Made by a program: the position numbers and the translations under genes. Of a stretch of 64,000 bases of DNA, positions 28,304-42,917 are shown piece by piece. The notes under the pieces are model-generated. The model was given only the letters and a program-made list of their open reading frames with translations, was not told the DNA's origin and searched no databases. The DNA lies in NCBI RefSeq assembly GCF_001194135.2, contig NC_068985.1, positions 37,889,419 through 37,953,418 on the forward strand, given 5' to 3'. This DNA is from Octopus bimaculoides. Taxonomy: Eukaryota. The stretch's first letter is position 1; each line of letters starts with the position of its first letter.

Positions 28304-30136
28304 GTATCACCGTCTTTTCCCTTTCTTTCCTCACACAAATTGTAAACTGACCTTGTAATGTCCCCTTCATTCATGCCCCTGTGGCAAATAAAAGAAATAA
28401 TTATCATTATGTGGTTAGTGTTGTTGCATTTGTAGTAGTAGTAGTAGTAGTAGTAGTAGCTGCATTAGTAGTAGTAAACCCACCACCTTCAAGGTCGCCA
28501 CCACTGCAGTTGTAATCAAGATACCTAAAAGTCTTCATTCGTTCTGTTTCTCTGCATCATCTCCTCATGCCTTCTATTTCCCGTTTCTGTTCCTTGAACC
28601 TTCGTTAAAGATCAATCAAGAATTCAAGCAACGTGAAGATCTGTGTTTCCAGCCTGTCAACGTTACCATTCGACCAATAAGGATATCCTTATTTTCTTTT
28701 TCCTTTTTCTTCTTTTCTATATAATCCTTATGTTTTCATTTATTTGTTTATATTTTTCATGAGAAAAATCTTCCTCCGCCATCACCGCCAATCTTAAGAT
28801 ATTGGCAGCCATGACTAATTAAAATACAAGGAATCAAGCCTAGCAGACATAGTGGTTCGTATTAGGAATTATCGCTCGCTCACTTCTCTCTCTACACCCA
28901 TTCCTTTTCCTCCTTTCCTTCCCGCTCCATTCTGTCTCTNNNNNNNNNNNNNNNNNNNNNNNNNNNNNNNNNNNNNNNNNNNNNNNNNNNNNNNNNNNNN
29001 NNNNNNNNNNNNNNNNNNNNNNNNNNNNNNNNNNNNNNNNNNNNNNNNNNNNNNNNNNNNNNNNNNNNNNNNNNNNNNNNNNNNNNNNNNNNNNNNNNNN
29101 NNNNNNNNNNNNNNNNNNNNNNNNNNNNNNNNNNNNNNNNNNNNNNNNNNNNNNNNNNNNNNNNNNNNNNNNNNNNNNNNNNNNNNNNNNNNNNNNNNNN
29201 NNNNNNNNNNNNNNNNNNNNNNNNNNNNNNNNNNNNNNNNNNNNNNNNNNNNNNNNNNNNNNNNNAATATATATATATATATATATATATTATACACAGT
29301 TACTCTCTATAAGTTTCTCACTTTCATAATTTCTTTCTCTCTATTACTCTCTGACTTTATCACTCTCATTCACACGACTCCACGCATTATCTTCCAAACA
29401 TACACTCAAACACACAGTGAAACATTCGTACATGAACGCAATACCACACAGATTTCTGTTATTTATTTGAATTTAATAGCTGTTCTAACAATTGGATAGT
29501 CCATCATTTAACTGAATTCAGAATTGTGAACAACATTCTTTTTTCTTTTTTACTCTCTCTCTCTCTTCTCGCTATAAAATGACGTCTCATGGTAAAATTG
29601 ATTTGTTGCGTGTAAGACATTAATTTTGCTACCGCAGTAAGCTTTACGAAGATATTTAACAGCAAGTAGCAGTAAATTAATACAAATAGCTAAAGAAGTG
29701 ACAAATGTAATTTTTTTTAAAATTATTATTTTCCATTTTAAAATGCACTAAGTGGATGGATATCAAGAGAAAATGAATCAATGGAGGCTACGAAGGAAGT
29801 TAAGAAATAATTAGCATTGATACAAAATTCCTTTAAAACATGACGAGAGAAACCAGTACATGGTCAACAACCTATAAATCGGTAGAAAACTCGAATCAGG
29901 AATACTTAATACTTAATACTGGATCTAGCTTAATGTTAGTTCAGAAGTCTATGAGGGAAGGCAATTTCTGGTCATTGCACAGGAACTATGTGTTAATAAA
30001 TAAAATAAAATAAGATTAAAAAATGCAATCAAATCAAAAGAGAATGGCCTCCGAGTAAACTACATTGTTTATGATTTACTAGATAAAGTGCTGATCACAG
30101 AAATGAGTTCATATGTGTTGGCAACATATGCTCTGA

Positions 30137-30356
30137 TACTCTCTTTTACTTGTTTCAGTCATTTGACTGTGGCCATGCTGGAGCACCGCCTTTAGTCGAG
30201 CAAATCGACCCCAGGACTTATTCTTTGGAAGCCTAATACTTATTCTATCGGTCTCTTTTGCCGAACCGCTAAGTTACGGGGACGTAAACACACCGCCATC
30301 GGTTGTCAATTGATGTTGGGAGGAGGGGGGGGAAACACAGATACAGAAACATACAC

Positions 30357-30407
<51 letters not shown>

Positions 30408-30500
30408 TACGACGGGCTTCTTTCAGTTTCCGTCTACCAAATCCACTCACAAGGCTTTGGTCGGCCCGAGGCTATAGTAGAAGACACTTGCCCAAGGTGT
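30137..30500 (-). mobile_element. SINE family A, tRNA head missing
   Basis: Clean tail plus (CA)n(TA)n plus core, ending at GAAGACACTTGCCCAAGGTGT. Confidence 0.92.
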
Positions 30501-30926
30501 ATAAAACTGATGTTGAGTTCGACCCTGTCGATGTCTGCTTTGTTGTTTCTTCTCTCTTTTGTTTTCTGCTGCTACTGTAATGGCGTCTGTTCCTTGGAGA
30601 TGGCTAGATACATGCCTCGTCCACTCAAACATTCCTGTCCAGTTATCCTCCTTCATGCAACCTATTCTGTTGCCTTTGTGCATACGTTAGAAATCAATTA
30701 AAAAGGAAAGAAAAACTGGAACTCGCGCTCATCGCAGACTCTATACACAACTTATCTAATTATGATTTTATTATTATTCTTGCACTAACCAATATGTATG
30801 TATCATTAACGTACACTTCTAATTACAGCGATTTCAAATTCTAACCACAGAAGGATTAGGAGAGACTTTCTTAAATAATTTTTTCTCGACACTATAGTCT
30901 TACTAATACTTCTCTCTTTATTTTGT

Positions 30927-31043
30927 CATCATGATCATCATCATCATCATCATCATCTTCTTCTTCTTCTTCTTCTTCTTCTTCTTCTTCTTCTTCTTCT
31001 TCTTCTTCTTCTTCTTCTTCTTCTTCTTCTTCTTCTTCTTCTT
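30927..31043. repeat. (CAT)n followed by (CTT)n microsatellite
   Basis: Direct reading; gives the poly-E/poly-D ORF at 30892-31077. Confidence 0.95.
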
Positions 31044-32144
31044 TACTCTGCTTCTTAATATTTCTTAAAAAAACCATTGTAGCATCTCATAAAATAACAG
31101 CACTGGTTGTTGTAGCAGTAGCAATAATAGTTTAGCCCTTAGCCATCCGTATTTAAAAAAAAAAAAACCTATAGTCACGACATTTCAAGCTGTGAACATT
31201 ATTACATCTTTTTACGTCACTAGGACCGCACGGTAAAATAATGTCACTTTTTCTAAAGACGATAACGTGTGATTAAATGGAAATCTGACTGCTCCTTCTT
31301 GCAGATATAGCGTCTTTGTTATTGGCGTCCGTATCGAAGCTTGTGTGATGAAGTACCAATAGTACAAGCAGTGGTGCTATAAAAGTTGATAGTGTCAGTA
31401 ATAGCTGTCCATAACATTTTTCAACATTATGTGCATTATTAGAATCTCATTTTCCGAGATATCCAATTATTATTTGATTAGAAACAAAACATCAATAAAT
31501 TGCTGATAAGAACAGCAATTTTGTTGATGAAAGTTGCAATGAAGATGACGACAGGCTACGTTAGTTGTCATTTATATTTTATTTTTGTCAATGTTTAATT
31601 TTCACTTTCGACAACTGATAAAATTGATTAATAATATCGCACTGAAATAAAATAAAGTATAAATGACAACAATAATAAGAACTAAAAGAAAATTATTTAT
31701 AAATGTCTTCTATCTTAAAATAGAGTTCTTTTTGAGGTGGTCTGTTATTTATTTTTTCCGTTTTATTTTTATAATTATCATTGCACTATTTTAAATTTCA
31801 TGTAAGCGTGAGCTTTATACTTTTCAATGTATATCTTTTTGCTTCAGAAATATATTTTGGAATTTATTTCTTTTCTTTTTCCCGTTGAAACTTACTTTTG
31901 ACACGGAATTAATTTACATACTAGAAGAGGTTGAATTTCATTGAACCAGTGTGAATTGTGGTTCTCAGGCGTGGCAGGTGTCACTTTGTAGAGATATGTT
32001 TCGAGCACGTAGGATATTTGGCCTAGTTTCTGACTGCAATTAGAAATAGTTCATTTCACTATATCTTCAGTACTGTCGAGAAATGCATGAATGTCAGTAG
32101 AATTTCAACATTCCATTATTACATAATATGATTCAGAGGCCTTG

Positions 32145-32280
32145 TTGCTGTTGATATTTTTGTGTCAGGCCTGATCAAGGAGATTATTAATCAAAGGTGT
32201 TTCAATAGTGAACATACCATCTAATTTTTCAAGCACGGTGTATCGAGGATTACATTTTCCAGTGGGTCCTTTCTCACCTA
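32145..32280 (-). mobile_element. Degenerate repeat family C
   Basis: TGTTGCTGTTG...CAGGCCTGATCAAGG...ATCAAAGGTGTTTC...GGATTACATTTTCCAGTGGGTCC is similar to the other family C copies. Confidence 0.45.
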
Positions 32281-32505
32281 TACGACTTTATCCTAGTTTT
32301 AGCCATTTTGCCAAGGTTTTGTTTATATTTTCGAATTAGTTCCTTGTAATTAGTTTAAAAGACGATTTAGCTGCAATTTCTAGTAGTTCGGGTGATTATC
32401 TAGCGGTTTGCTCGTTGAGCGAGTGCGCGTGTATATATATGAATATATAGAGAGCATAATCATCACAGCAGACACATTTTCAAATAATTTCATAAAGGCG
32501 TGAGG

Positions 32506-32617
<112 letters not shown>

Positions 32618-34039
32618 AAATATATATAAAAAGTGGAATCACTAGAAATGATCTTTAATTATAAACAAACACTGCAGAGACGAGTGGGTGAGAGGTAAGT
32701 TCGAAGGGTGCCACTCAGCTTCTATAGTTGTAACTAGTTTTATCCAAATAAATTAAAGAATATTACCCATAAAACAGATGCTGAAAACCATACAATACCT
32801 AAAACATATTTTCTCCGCTTTAGACTCTCAATAATTTTCATAGCAATTTCTGTATCAGTATCTGTTGGTATTTTGATATGTCTTGCCTCTTCAAGGCCAT
32901 AAATATATCTTCCATAAACCGTACCTTACTGAATCCTCTCTTTACTGTGACCTGAATTAATAGATATTGTGAGCATTATTCTTAATGTAATCTACAGATT
33001 TGATATGGCACTCTGTAACTTATTACTGTTGATGAATCTAACGGCTTCTATCGGAAGCTTTACATCTTCAGGAAATAATTATTTTGGCAATATTTAGTTC
33101 ACTCCTTATTTTCCACTCTCTCGCTCACCTACGCAACGTTTTAGAATAAGCTTGACTCCACTCAAGGAATTTTCACATTTTATTTATATTTAATTTTATT
33201 TATTTTAACATCCACTCCCCTTTTGTATTTGAGAGATCCCAAACACATGACGTGTCGCCCGTTAGCACAATAATTTCAGCCAACCCTGAATGTTGTGGAA
33301 AGATAATCGAGAAAATAAGGGAACAGAAATATAAATACCCTACTGCTAGATCGACAAACAGATAAATTAGACGATGATGTATTTAAAGGTGTGAAACATT
33401 TACTTGCCTTAAATAGGATTAATCATGAAATTATGCCTGACTATTTGCGCTCTCACACACGCATATGATTTATGCTTACATCTGTGTACCATATACAAGT
33501 ATTACTCCAAATTGGTATATTTGTATACATAAACAAGTTGACTAGACTTTGAGATAAGTAACCTAACACACATTTCATGTAAAGTTGTGTAAAGTGACTG
33601 AAGCTTAGTAAGAAGAGAAGAAAATAAACAAAATGCAGTGAAGATCTGACGCTCGCTCTATAATCAGCAAGCTTTTATCCATATTTAACTTTTATATTGT
33701 TATTTCTATAATTTCCTGTTTAGTGAACACGTTCTTGTTGGTAATTGTGGGTTGCTTTCACAACACTGATTATAATAATGATGATAATGACGATGTTGAC
33801 AGTGACGATAAAAATATCGATACTGGCCAGGATGATGGTGGTGGTGGTGGTGCTGCTGCTGGTTGTAGTAATAGGAATGGTGGCGTTGATGTTGGACGTA
33901 CTGGTGGGGATGATGATGTTGTGCTTTGGTGATAAGAGAACTTGTCATGTTTGATTAGCATCGATTTCGGGATAGCCATTGACCTGAAAATATAAACTAA
34001 GCCACAATGGCTGGAGTTGCATCGAATCAAGGAAGAGTT

Positions 34040-34204
34040 GAGAGAGAGAGAGAGAGAGGATGAGGGAGAGCGAGAAAGAGAGAGGAGGAGGGAGAAAGAG
34101 AGAGAGAGAGAAAGAAAGAGAGAGAGAGAGACGGAGGAGGGAGCGAGCAAAGATGGTAAGCAGAGAGAAAGAGAAAAAGGAGAAGAAAGATGTGAGAGGG
34201 AGAG

Positions 34205-34263
<59 letters not shown>

Positions 34264-34345
34264 GGGAGAGAGCAAAGATGGCTAGCAGAGGGGGTGACCG
34301 AAGTGGCGAGAGAACAAAGATGGCAAGAAAGGAGAGAGAGACACT
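34040..34345. repeat. GA-rich polypurine low-complexity tract
   Basis: Direct reading; explains the RE/SL-rich ORFs at 33770-34483. Confidence 0.9.
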
Positions 34346-35481
34346 GATAGAAAGAAAGTTAAACTGAAAAAGCAGCGAAAAGAAGTAGTGGGAGGAGAAC
34401 AGAGAACGAAATATAGAAAATATATATATATAGGGAAAGAGAAAGGTGGAGGGGGTGGAGGATGAATAGCCGAAAGAATACAAGATTATAGATTGTGAAT
34501 ATGTAAAGATATAGAAAGAGAATTAAGAACAATGCTGTAAACAGTGATACCAGAAGAGATGTAATGAGTTAAAAGACGAGAGAGAAAACACTCGGCTGTA
34601 ATTAGAATGTGTGTGTGTGCGTGTGTGTGTGTGTGTAACTGTGCAGCTGAAGCGAATAAAATCGTTTTCTGCGGGTAAGTTTTAATTTATCTGTGAATCA
34701 TGCTATCAACCTTATCCGTTGAAAGAAGCTTGTAGATAGATAAAGATGTAGAGCAGAGCCACTTGCCATCAAACGGTGACGTCAGTCTTATCTGTCACAT
34801 CTGCTATTGACCAGTTTTCAATATGGCGAAAATATTTTTGGGGTTTGGCTTTCTCAATAGAATAGGCTGATTGCAGACCGAAATAAACAGAAAAATCCAC
34901 AAGAAGCATAATGAAAATAATAACAAAAGTTGAAACATATATGCAAGCAAAAACTATCAATAAGAACATAAATGCTTTAATGTGTGTATTTATCTATTTA
35001 TTTATGTGTTTCAGCCAAGTGACTGCGGTCGTGTGTATTATATAATATATAATATCTATATTACATATCTCCAGCAGTATATCCATTGTAAATATGTTAC
35101 AGTGCAGCAGTTAATAAGGAGCTAATTAATATCAGGGGAAATAAAACAAAACAAAAGGACATGGAAAAAATCAAGTTTAGAGAGTCAATATAATTAAGCT
35201 TTAGAGTTAAGGAAGATAAATCAGCATTTCGGACAGTAGCTCTTTGTCGGGAAGTAAAAATGGAGGGGAAATATGCAATACTTGAGCGACCTAGAAGCAA
35301 TAGGATAAGAAAGTTGCTTTTGGACAAACCGAAGTGAGCGGGGTGCAAAAAACCTAAACGTGAAAGCTTTGGAGGATGTAGCGAAATGGTGAAAAGAAGT
35401 GTGAATGACTTGTGCACGTATAATGAACATTGGAGTATATTGTGAAGTGAAATGTTTGTGTAAAGTATGTTTATGGATGTT

Positions 35482-35965
35482 TACTCTTTTACTTGTTTCA
35501 GTCATTTGACTGCGGCCATGATGGAGCACCACCATCAGTCAAGAAAATCGACTCTTGGTCTCTTTTTGCCGAACCGCTAAGTTACGGGGACGTAAACACA
35601 CCAGCATCGGTTGTCAAGCGATGGTGGATTGACAAACACACACACACACACANNNNNNNNNNNNNNNNNNNNNNNNNNNNNNNNNNNNNNNNNNNNNNNN
35701 NNNNNNNNNNNNNNNNNNNNNNNNNNNNNNNNNNNNNNNNNNNNNNNNNNNNNNNNNNNNNNNNNNNNNNNNNNNNNCATATATATATATACATATATAT
35801 GACAGGCTTCTTTCAGTTTCCGTCTACCAAATCCACTGACAAGGCTTTGGTCGGCCCGAGGCTATAATAGAAGACACTTGCCCAGGGTGCCATGCAGTTG
35901 GACTAAACCCGGAACCATGTGGTTGGTAAGCAAGCTACTTACCACACAGCCACTCCTGCGCCTAT
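35482..35965 (-). mobile_element. SINE family A, full-length head (gap in the internal microsatellite)
   Basis: Minus-strand head ATAGGCGCAGGAGTGGCTGTGTGGTAAGTAGCTTGCTTACCAACCACATGGTTCCGGGTTTAGTCC with A-box and B-box-like motifs, then core, (TA)/(TG) and tail. Confidence 0.93.
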
Positions 35966-36737
35966 GTGTGTGTGTGTGTGTGTGATGATGTGTCAGTGGT
36001 GGTGTGTGAAAAGCGTCAAAATATATGCTTGTGCAGGTACGTTTGTATGGTGGATGGGTTGTGAAGTATGTATAACTTTATAACTGCATGCTAGAGAAGG
36101 TGATGTAGAATGTCTGTATTTGTATGTTGTGTGGGTGTGAAAAGGTGTTGAAGGGAAGCATATTTATATGTATGAGTGTGAATAGGAATTTAGTGTGTGA
36201 ATATGGTTTTGCGAAACGTGTATGTTGAGGATGAGTAAGACATGGAATTAGTGAGCGCTGTGTTCATGACGTCCTTGTCTATAGGTGCGGCTCTGTGTTG
36301 GGTAAACGCTAATATATTTTGTGAATATATTGGTAGAAAAGAGAGTGGTGTTGAATGCATGGTTTGTCTGAGTAACAACACACAAAAAAAAGCGTATAAT
36401 GTGTGTGGTGGTGTTTTAGTGAAAATCAAGGTAGTCGTCAATAATTGGAAGAGCTGCAGTGCTTATGCAGATGGATAACTGCAGATTAAGATGAGATAGG
36501 GTAACATGTGCTGCAGACAATGAGATGAACGTGAGATTGGCTCGTAGAAGTGGTATGATTGAGACCTGAAACGTATATACATGCACACAATACATTCCAC
36601 CCATTGCCTTCTTTTCCCTGTCCACATTTCGTACGCACTTCATACTTAAGAGTACATACATCGCACAAACCGCTTCTCCCACACACACACACACATCCAC
36701 GTCAGGTATACTTCATTTTAATTTACTGTGTTATAAT

Positions 36738-37101
36738 GTTGTTGTTGGGCACTCCGTCGCTTATGACGTCGAGGGTTCCAGTTGATCCGATCAACGGAAT
36801 AGCTTGCTCGTGAAATTAACGTGCAAGTGGCTGAGAACTCCACGGACTCGTAGTTCTCGGGAATATTCAGCGTGATACAGTGTGACTCTTTAAATTACAG
36901 GCACAACAGAAACAGGCAGTAAGAGTGAGAGAAAGTTGTGGTGAAAGAGTACAGCAGGGTTCGCCACCATCCCCTGCCGGAGCCTCGTGGAGCTTTAGGT
37001 GTTTTCACTCAATAATCACTCACAACGCCCGGTCTAGGAATCGAAACCGCGATCCTATGACCGCGAGTCCGCTGCCCTAACCACTGGGTCATTGTGCCTC
37101 C
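36738..37101 (-). mobile_element. SINE family D, full-length, tRNA head and (AAC)n tail
   Basis: Minus strand starts GGAGGCACAATGACCCAGTGGTTAGGGCAGCGGACTCGCGGTCATAGGATCGCGGTTTCGATTCC (A and B boxes) and ends GGAACCCTCGACGTCATAAGCGACGGAGTGCCCAACAACAAC. Confidence 0.88.
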
Positions 37102-37957
37102 GCTTTGATATAATAGTTGTTGCAGTTACTTCACCCACGCAAAATTCACTCTTCTTTGCTAAAAACAACTTCTTTTAATATTATTAATTTTTGTATGTCA
37201 TTAAATCAAGTTTCAATTCTGAAGAATATATTTTTGGTGTTCTGCTTTTCTCTCCCCTTTTCTTCCTTCTGCTTTCACTAAGGATCACTCACCATTTCAC
37301 TTTCTCCACTATGCAATTGTATTGAAATGAATCTCAGCTGATTGACAGTGCAGCCCTTGCTCTGTCAAGGTCAAGGCTAGGAGGGCCGAACTGGTGTCTA
37401 TCTCTACGCACAACAACATACAGAGATAAAATAATTAGCGAAAACTACGTACGGATTGATGTGTATGTGTGAGAATAATGTGCAAGCATACAGACAATAT
37501 ATGTATGCACATGCATATACAGGAATGAAAAAAAAAAGGAAAGGGAATGTACGTGTATGTAAAGAAAAGAGAGAAGAACTGAAGATGCAAGACAGAGAGA
37601 GAGAGAGAGAGAGCCATGTCGTCTGATAGCCGACGGGTCGCAATTTAAGCTATGTTTGTTTTCATCAGCTTGATTATGTTATTGGTCACGTGCTCTCTGA
37701 TTAGATTGAATAAGACTTGCATATCATCTTAATAGACATCTGGTTTTCTTCATTCTGCTGGTCTATGCCTCATGACTTTTGCTATGACCTATAGCAGGTT
37801 CACTCAAATTCTTGAATAGATATTCGGTGAATGACTTTGCTCACTAATACACACACATACACACACACATACACACACACATGTATATATATATATATAT
37901 ATATACATGTGTGTGTGTATGTGTGTGTGTGTGTGTGNNNNNNNNNNNNNNNNNNNN

Positions 37958-38000
<43 letters not shown>

Positions 38001-38231
38001 AAATATATTTATATATTTATGTATATACATACATGTTTGTATATATACGTTTATATACCAACATATATGCACACACACGTTTACACATGTTTATATACGC
38101 ACACACACATACACACACACATACACACATACATATGCACACACACAATCAGTTTGTATACATATGCGTATGTTTCTACATACATATATATGTATGTGTA
38201 TATATAGTACTAATTCTCAACCGTATAGAGA

Positions 38232-38312
38232 GGACCAACGCACATGGTTTAGGAATCGAACCCACGACTTTCCGATCGTGAGCCGAACCCCTTAATTACA
38301 AGGCTACACGCC
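38232..38312 (-). mobile_element. Isolated degenerate tRNA-like SINE head (family E-like)
   Basis: Minus strand GGCGTGTAGCCTTGTAATTAAGGGGTTCGGCTCACGATCGGAAAGTCGTGGGTTCGATTCC, with a B-box GGTTCGATTCC. Confidence 0.6.
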
Positions 38313-39056
38313 TTCCTTATCTTATACATACATACATACATTCACAGAAAGTGACGAGGATTCTTCCGGCAGGACGATGTGACGCAGAAACCATTGATAG
38401 ATTTTTTTTTATCAATCCGGATGTTTGCTCTCTATTTGAATGTAATACTAGTTTTACCACCCGCTGCCATTCCTACTTCATTCTCTTCTCTTAATTGCAG
38501 AAATTGAAGCATTTATTGTCATATCCATATCTATTGTTCCTCATAACCACAACACGATAAGGCTTTTCTAATATTACCGCAAAACATTTGGCAGTAAAAC
38601 GAACTGAATCAATTATTAGTAATAAGTACAAGTATCTGGTTATTTTATTGTTATCTTTCCTCCAGGTTATCTTTGATCAACTAGGACTATGAAAAACAGT
38701 GCTGAAGCGACATTATTTTGGTTTATTATTTCTAAGGTATTGGGTTATTATCTAATTATTTAAAAAGGGTTGTGGGTGCTATTTCTATTTCTAGTGAGTT
38801 TGTGCTAATACAAGTAATACAGGGTGGTGTAAAAGTAAGTACACAGTTATGAAACACGAAAACACGTACAATACTGATTTATTTTTATAAAACAAAAAAA
38901 AATGTTATTATAGTTATGATAAATGTATTATGATTAACGACACTGAAAATATCATAAATGAGGTTAAGTAATTTAATGTGTTAATTTTAATGAATTACGT
39001 ATTATAACATTGATGGGATGTATACTGTATACCTACTTTTGCACACCGTGTATATA

Positions 39057-39279
39057 GGCACCTTGGGCAAGTGTCTTTTACCATTGCCCCCAATCCCATC
39101 ACAACCAAGGCTGCTTTTTTTACCACCTCGTAACTTAGCAACTCGGCAATAGAGCTCGATAAAATGAGTTCCAAGCTTTAAAATAAGTACTGGGGTCGAT
39201 TATTTTCGACTAAAACTCTTGAATGCCCTGCCCCAGCATGGCTGCAGTCCAATGACTAAAGCAAGTGGATGATAAAAGA
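39057..39279 (+). mobile_element. Degenerate SINE family A (core fragment plus tail)
   Basis: GGCACCTTGGGCAAGTGTCTT then CGTAACTTAGC...AAGTACTGGGGTCGAT...GCCCCAGCATGGCTGCAGTCCAATGACT. Confidence 0.75.
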
Positions 39280-40027
39280 TATAAAAGCATGCATATGAGG
39301 GTGCGCACACGCTCGCTCGCGCGCGCACACACACGCGTGCACGCACGCACACACGCGCGCACGCACGCACACACAGTACGTATCAGTCTCTTAGATGCAA
39401 CGACAGAAGCTTTGAACACGTGTACATTACCTAATTGATGTGTCAGGTAACTCCAGCTTTGTTAGTAATATTAAATATGTAATGTAATGAACGCATCCTT
39501 CCAGACTACTAACAGCTGAGATTCCGTGTCGATGGATGTCTGTTTAATATTTCCACTGGGACAACTCTGTTCAGGCAAATCTCGACCAGATCGCATTTCT
39601 TGCTTTCAACAAGTCGCCTTATACTGAGACTAGGCGTAAGATAAAACTAAATACCGTGGTATATCAATTTTTCTTTACTTAGCAGTAATTTTGTGTTCGT
39701 AAGTAAGAACCTGCAGTTTTTTCTTGAGTACTGTTTTATGAAATAGCTAGATAAATAAATAACTGCATTCATAAATAAGTAAAAAGCTGCATGTTCGTGT
39801 ACACACGTTTTTACCTAGTGTGTTTGACATATGTTTAATGAGTGATGGAGAGTGGTGGGGCAGGAGGTACTTACCTACCACGAAGCGGATATGAACAGAA
39901 ATGCGATCTTAAGATTAAGACCAGCTTGATATATTCAATACTGCAGTGACTAACTCAGCTCTCAATAAAAATAAGACATATTGTGTATACGTGTGTATGT
40001 ATGTATATGTATGAATATACAAATCTA

Positions 40028-40102
<75 letters not shown>

Positions 40103-42837
40103 AATTATCTATCTATCTATATAATGTTGGAGATTGTGTAGATGTTAAACATCTTTGACTTTGATGTAGGAGAACACATTTTAATAAACATGTATGAGAG
40201 CATCGTATCTGTTGGTGAATTATTTTTTCTTAAATATTCCCTCCAAGTAAGTTACTGAAAATGAAAGCTATAAATTTACTTGTAAATGATTGAGTCGGGT
40301 AGTATGTACCTAAATGTACTGAATACTGAAGATGCTAAAACATGTAAATCGTTGGAAGCAATATTTTCTAATTTTAAGCAACTTAGTTCATTTCATATAC
40401 TTTCATGCTGTCGAATTGCAAATATGATGCAAATATTTGCAATATTACCGATAAGAATTCTGATGAAATATCATTTTTGGCTTAATATTTTACTGTTAAC
40501 CATCTTTAAACGGGAAATACTGACACAGAATTATACCTTTCCCGTGAATTTTCATTGTCGATGAGTGTTGTTACTTAATACATACAAACGTGTCGTTTGC
40601 TCAAGCTCGAATGTTTGTAATCCGTTTTTGCTTCATGAAGGCTGATTTGCGACTAAATAGCAACGCTAACAACAACAATAATCACTGATTCATTAAAATC
40701 TTGCACGGTGGAGTATGATGAAGAAGATTTGATTAACCTATTCCCAAAACAAAATAATGTATAGATGGCTTTCAGATTGAAAATATTTATATACTTACAT
40801 AATTTCTGGAGAAGTATTTTGGAAAAAAGTGTCAATATGTAAACAATAATTCTTGTCTTCCTCATTAAAAATATTTTTTCGATTCTTACTTCTTTCTTTC
40901 ATCATTATCACCAGCAAATAGCTTGAACTTATTTAAAAGCAGTTTATTTATAGTCATTTTCATCTCATAAACTCACTTAAAAAGATACGACACCTGCCTT
41001 TCAAAACATTCCCTAAATAAAGAATCACTTGTTGTTATGGTTACTTCTGCTATTACGCTCTTGTTTTTTGTGGTAATAGTATTAGTTGTTATTTTCTTGT
41101 CTAGAATTACTAATTTTCTTCTAGTTGCTAGATTGTTAACTCTGGCATAAAGAAAACATTTGTCTCTGTGTATTTACTTATGCGAGTGCATATGTGTTAT
41201 TCGCAAGTGTGTTTTTTACCTTTTGTTTTGTACAATCTGTGTTATGTGTATGTGGTTACACGACTGTACTTCAAATTCCATCCATAAGAAGATATTAAAA
41301 GATAGTTATCTATTTTGTGCACCGTTAATTTGTATATTTTTCTTTACCACATTCCATTTGGAAAATATTTGCGAAAACATCTCCCTAATGCGTTTTGAAA
41401 ATTACTTTTTTTCGCGTGAAAATATTATTCTGTACGTCTGTTTGTAAACATGTGTGCATTCCTGTATATGTATGTATGTATGTATGTATGCGTGTGTGAG
41501 CGCTGTCGTATTGGTGAACTGGTTGAAGAATAAACAATGAAATTAAGAGTGAAACTGAAGCGCTAATAGCAATAAAAATAACAGGCTTTTAACAACAATA
41601 ATTTTAATGAATTTGAAATTCAGCATCTCCTGTTGTTATAAAAATATTACTATCAAGTAATATAATATAACCAAAATTAGAGTCTTCTAAGGTTGCACTG
41701 TCCAAAATTATGAAAAACATTAAAGAGAAAAAGAGACAGGAAATCTCCATTACTAAATTTAAACACCCCCGCCTTCCGTCACGGAGTAATGTATTAATAT
41801 TGCAAGTGAAATACACCGGGTGCAATTCTCAATGAGTGAATTGAATTTAAATTTTATAGAATTTAATAATGCCATTCCAATATTTGGTGTAACTGGTCGT
41901 TAACTATATAAAAAAAAAAATGATTAGATTTTAATATCCACTAAAATTTATTTTGCACATCAACATAGGGTATAACACCAATTCATTATAATAAACATCA
42001 GCATCTCATCCTACATATAACATTCAGAATTATCATAAATAACTACAAATATTGTATAAGAGCATCCTTTATAATATTATAATATGACATAGCATCCGAG
42101 AGACATTCACACGTTTCGTGCGAATTGATGTATAATTTGCTTAATTTATTACACTCTACCGTATGATTTCTTACAAGACTACTGCTTAACACTATCCTTT
42201 TGTTATATTATAGCACCTAGTTTTGTTATACTATAGAATACTACTCTGTTATATATATTTGAAGAAAACAGTTTTACTTACTACCTCATTAATATATGAA
42301 TAATTCTACCAATTCATTTAATCATACCACCAGTTTTGGTACAGTACTCTAATAATGAATGTTAAACTCCAAGTTAGACATGATCACGTCGACCTATGGA
42401 CGAAGAAGACACTACTAGAATGCATTTGTTTATGTCAGATCGATCAGGGCTGATCAGGGGTTAATTACCGAAATAATGGTTTCTGGCACAGACAGAAGGC
42501 CGTACATTTCTGGGGACAATTGTGTAAATCACCAACAGTTGACTAATACTTTATTTTATCTATCGTAGAAGGATGAAGGGTAAACTTTTAGTATCAGTGA
42601 GATTGGAACATAAAACTGAAGATGCGACTGAGTATAATCAGGCTCTATTTCCCGTCACTCATCCGAATCTAACAACATTAATATTGTAAACGTGTTATGA
42701 ACCATCCCAAAGAAGCACAATCTCTTTTCATGAATTTATTCAATACCAGCTAATATAAAATTGTTTTATATATGCCAAACTATCGAAATTCTTCGGCGGT
42801 TTCTTTCCATCCCAATGATATATCTTGCAATATAGAT

Positions 42838-42917
42838 TATCTCTAATATCTCTCTGATATCTCTAATATCTATAATATCTCTTGTATCTCTGATCTATAA
42901 TATCTGATATCTCTAAT
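42838..42917. repeat. Imperfect short tandem repeat (ATATCTCT-type units)
   Basis: Direct reading: ATCTCTAATATCTCTCTGATATCTCTAATATCTATAATATCTC... Confidence 0.75.

Noticed and set aside
33706-34483. His-, Asp-, RE- and SL-rich ORFs (also poly-Y/I/E and MYVC/HTHT ORFs elsewhere)
   Set aside because: They are translations of microsatellite or low-complexity DNA, open in several frames and on both strands.
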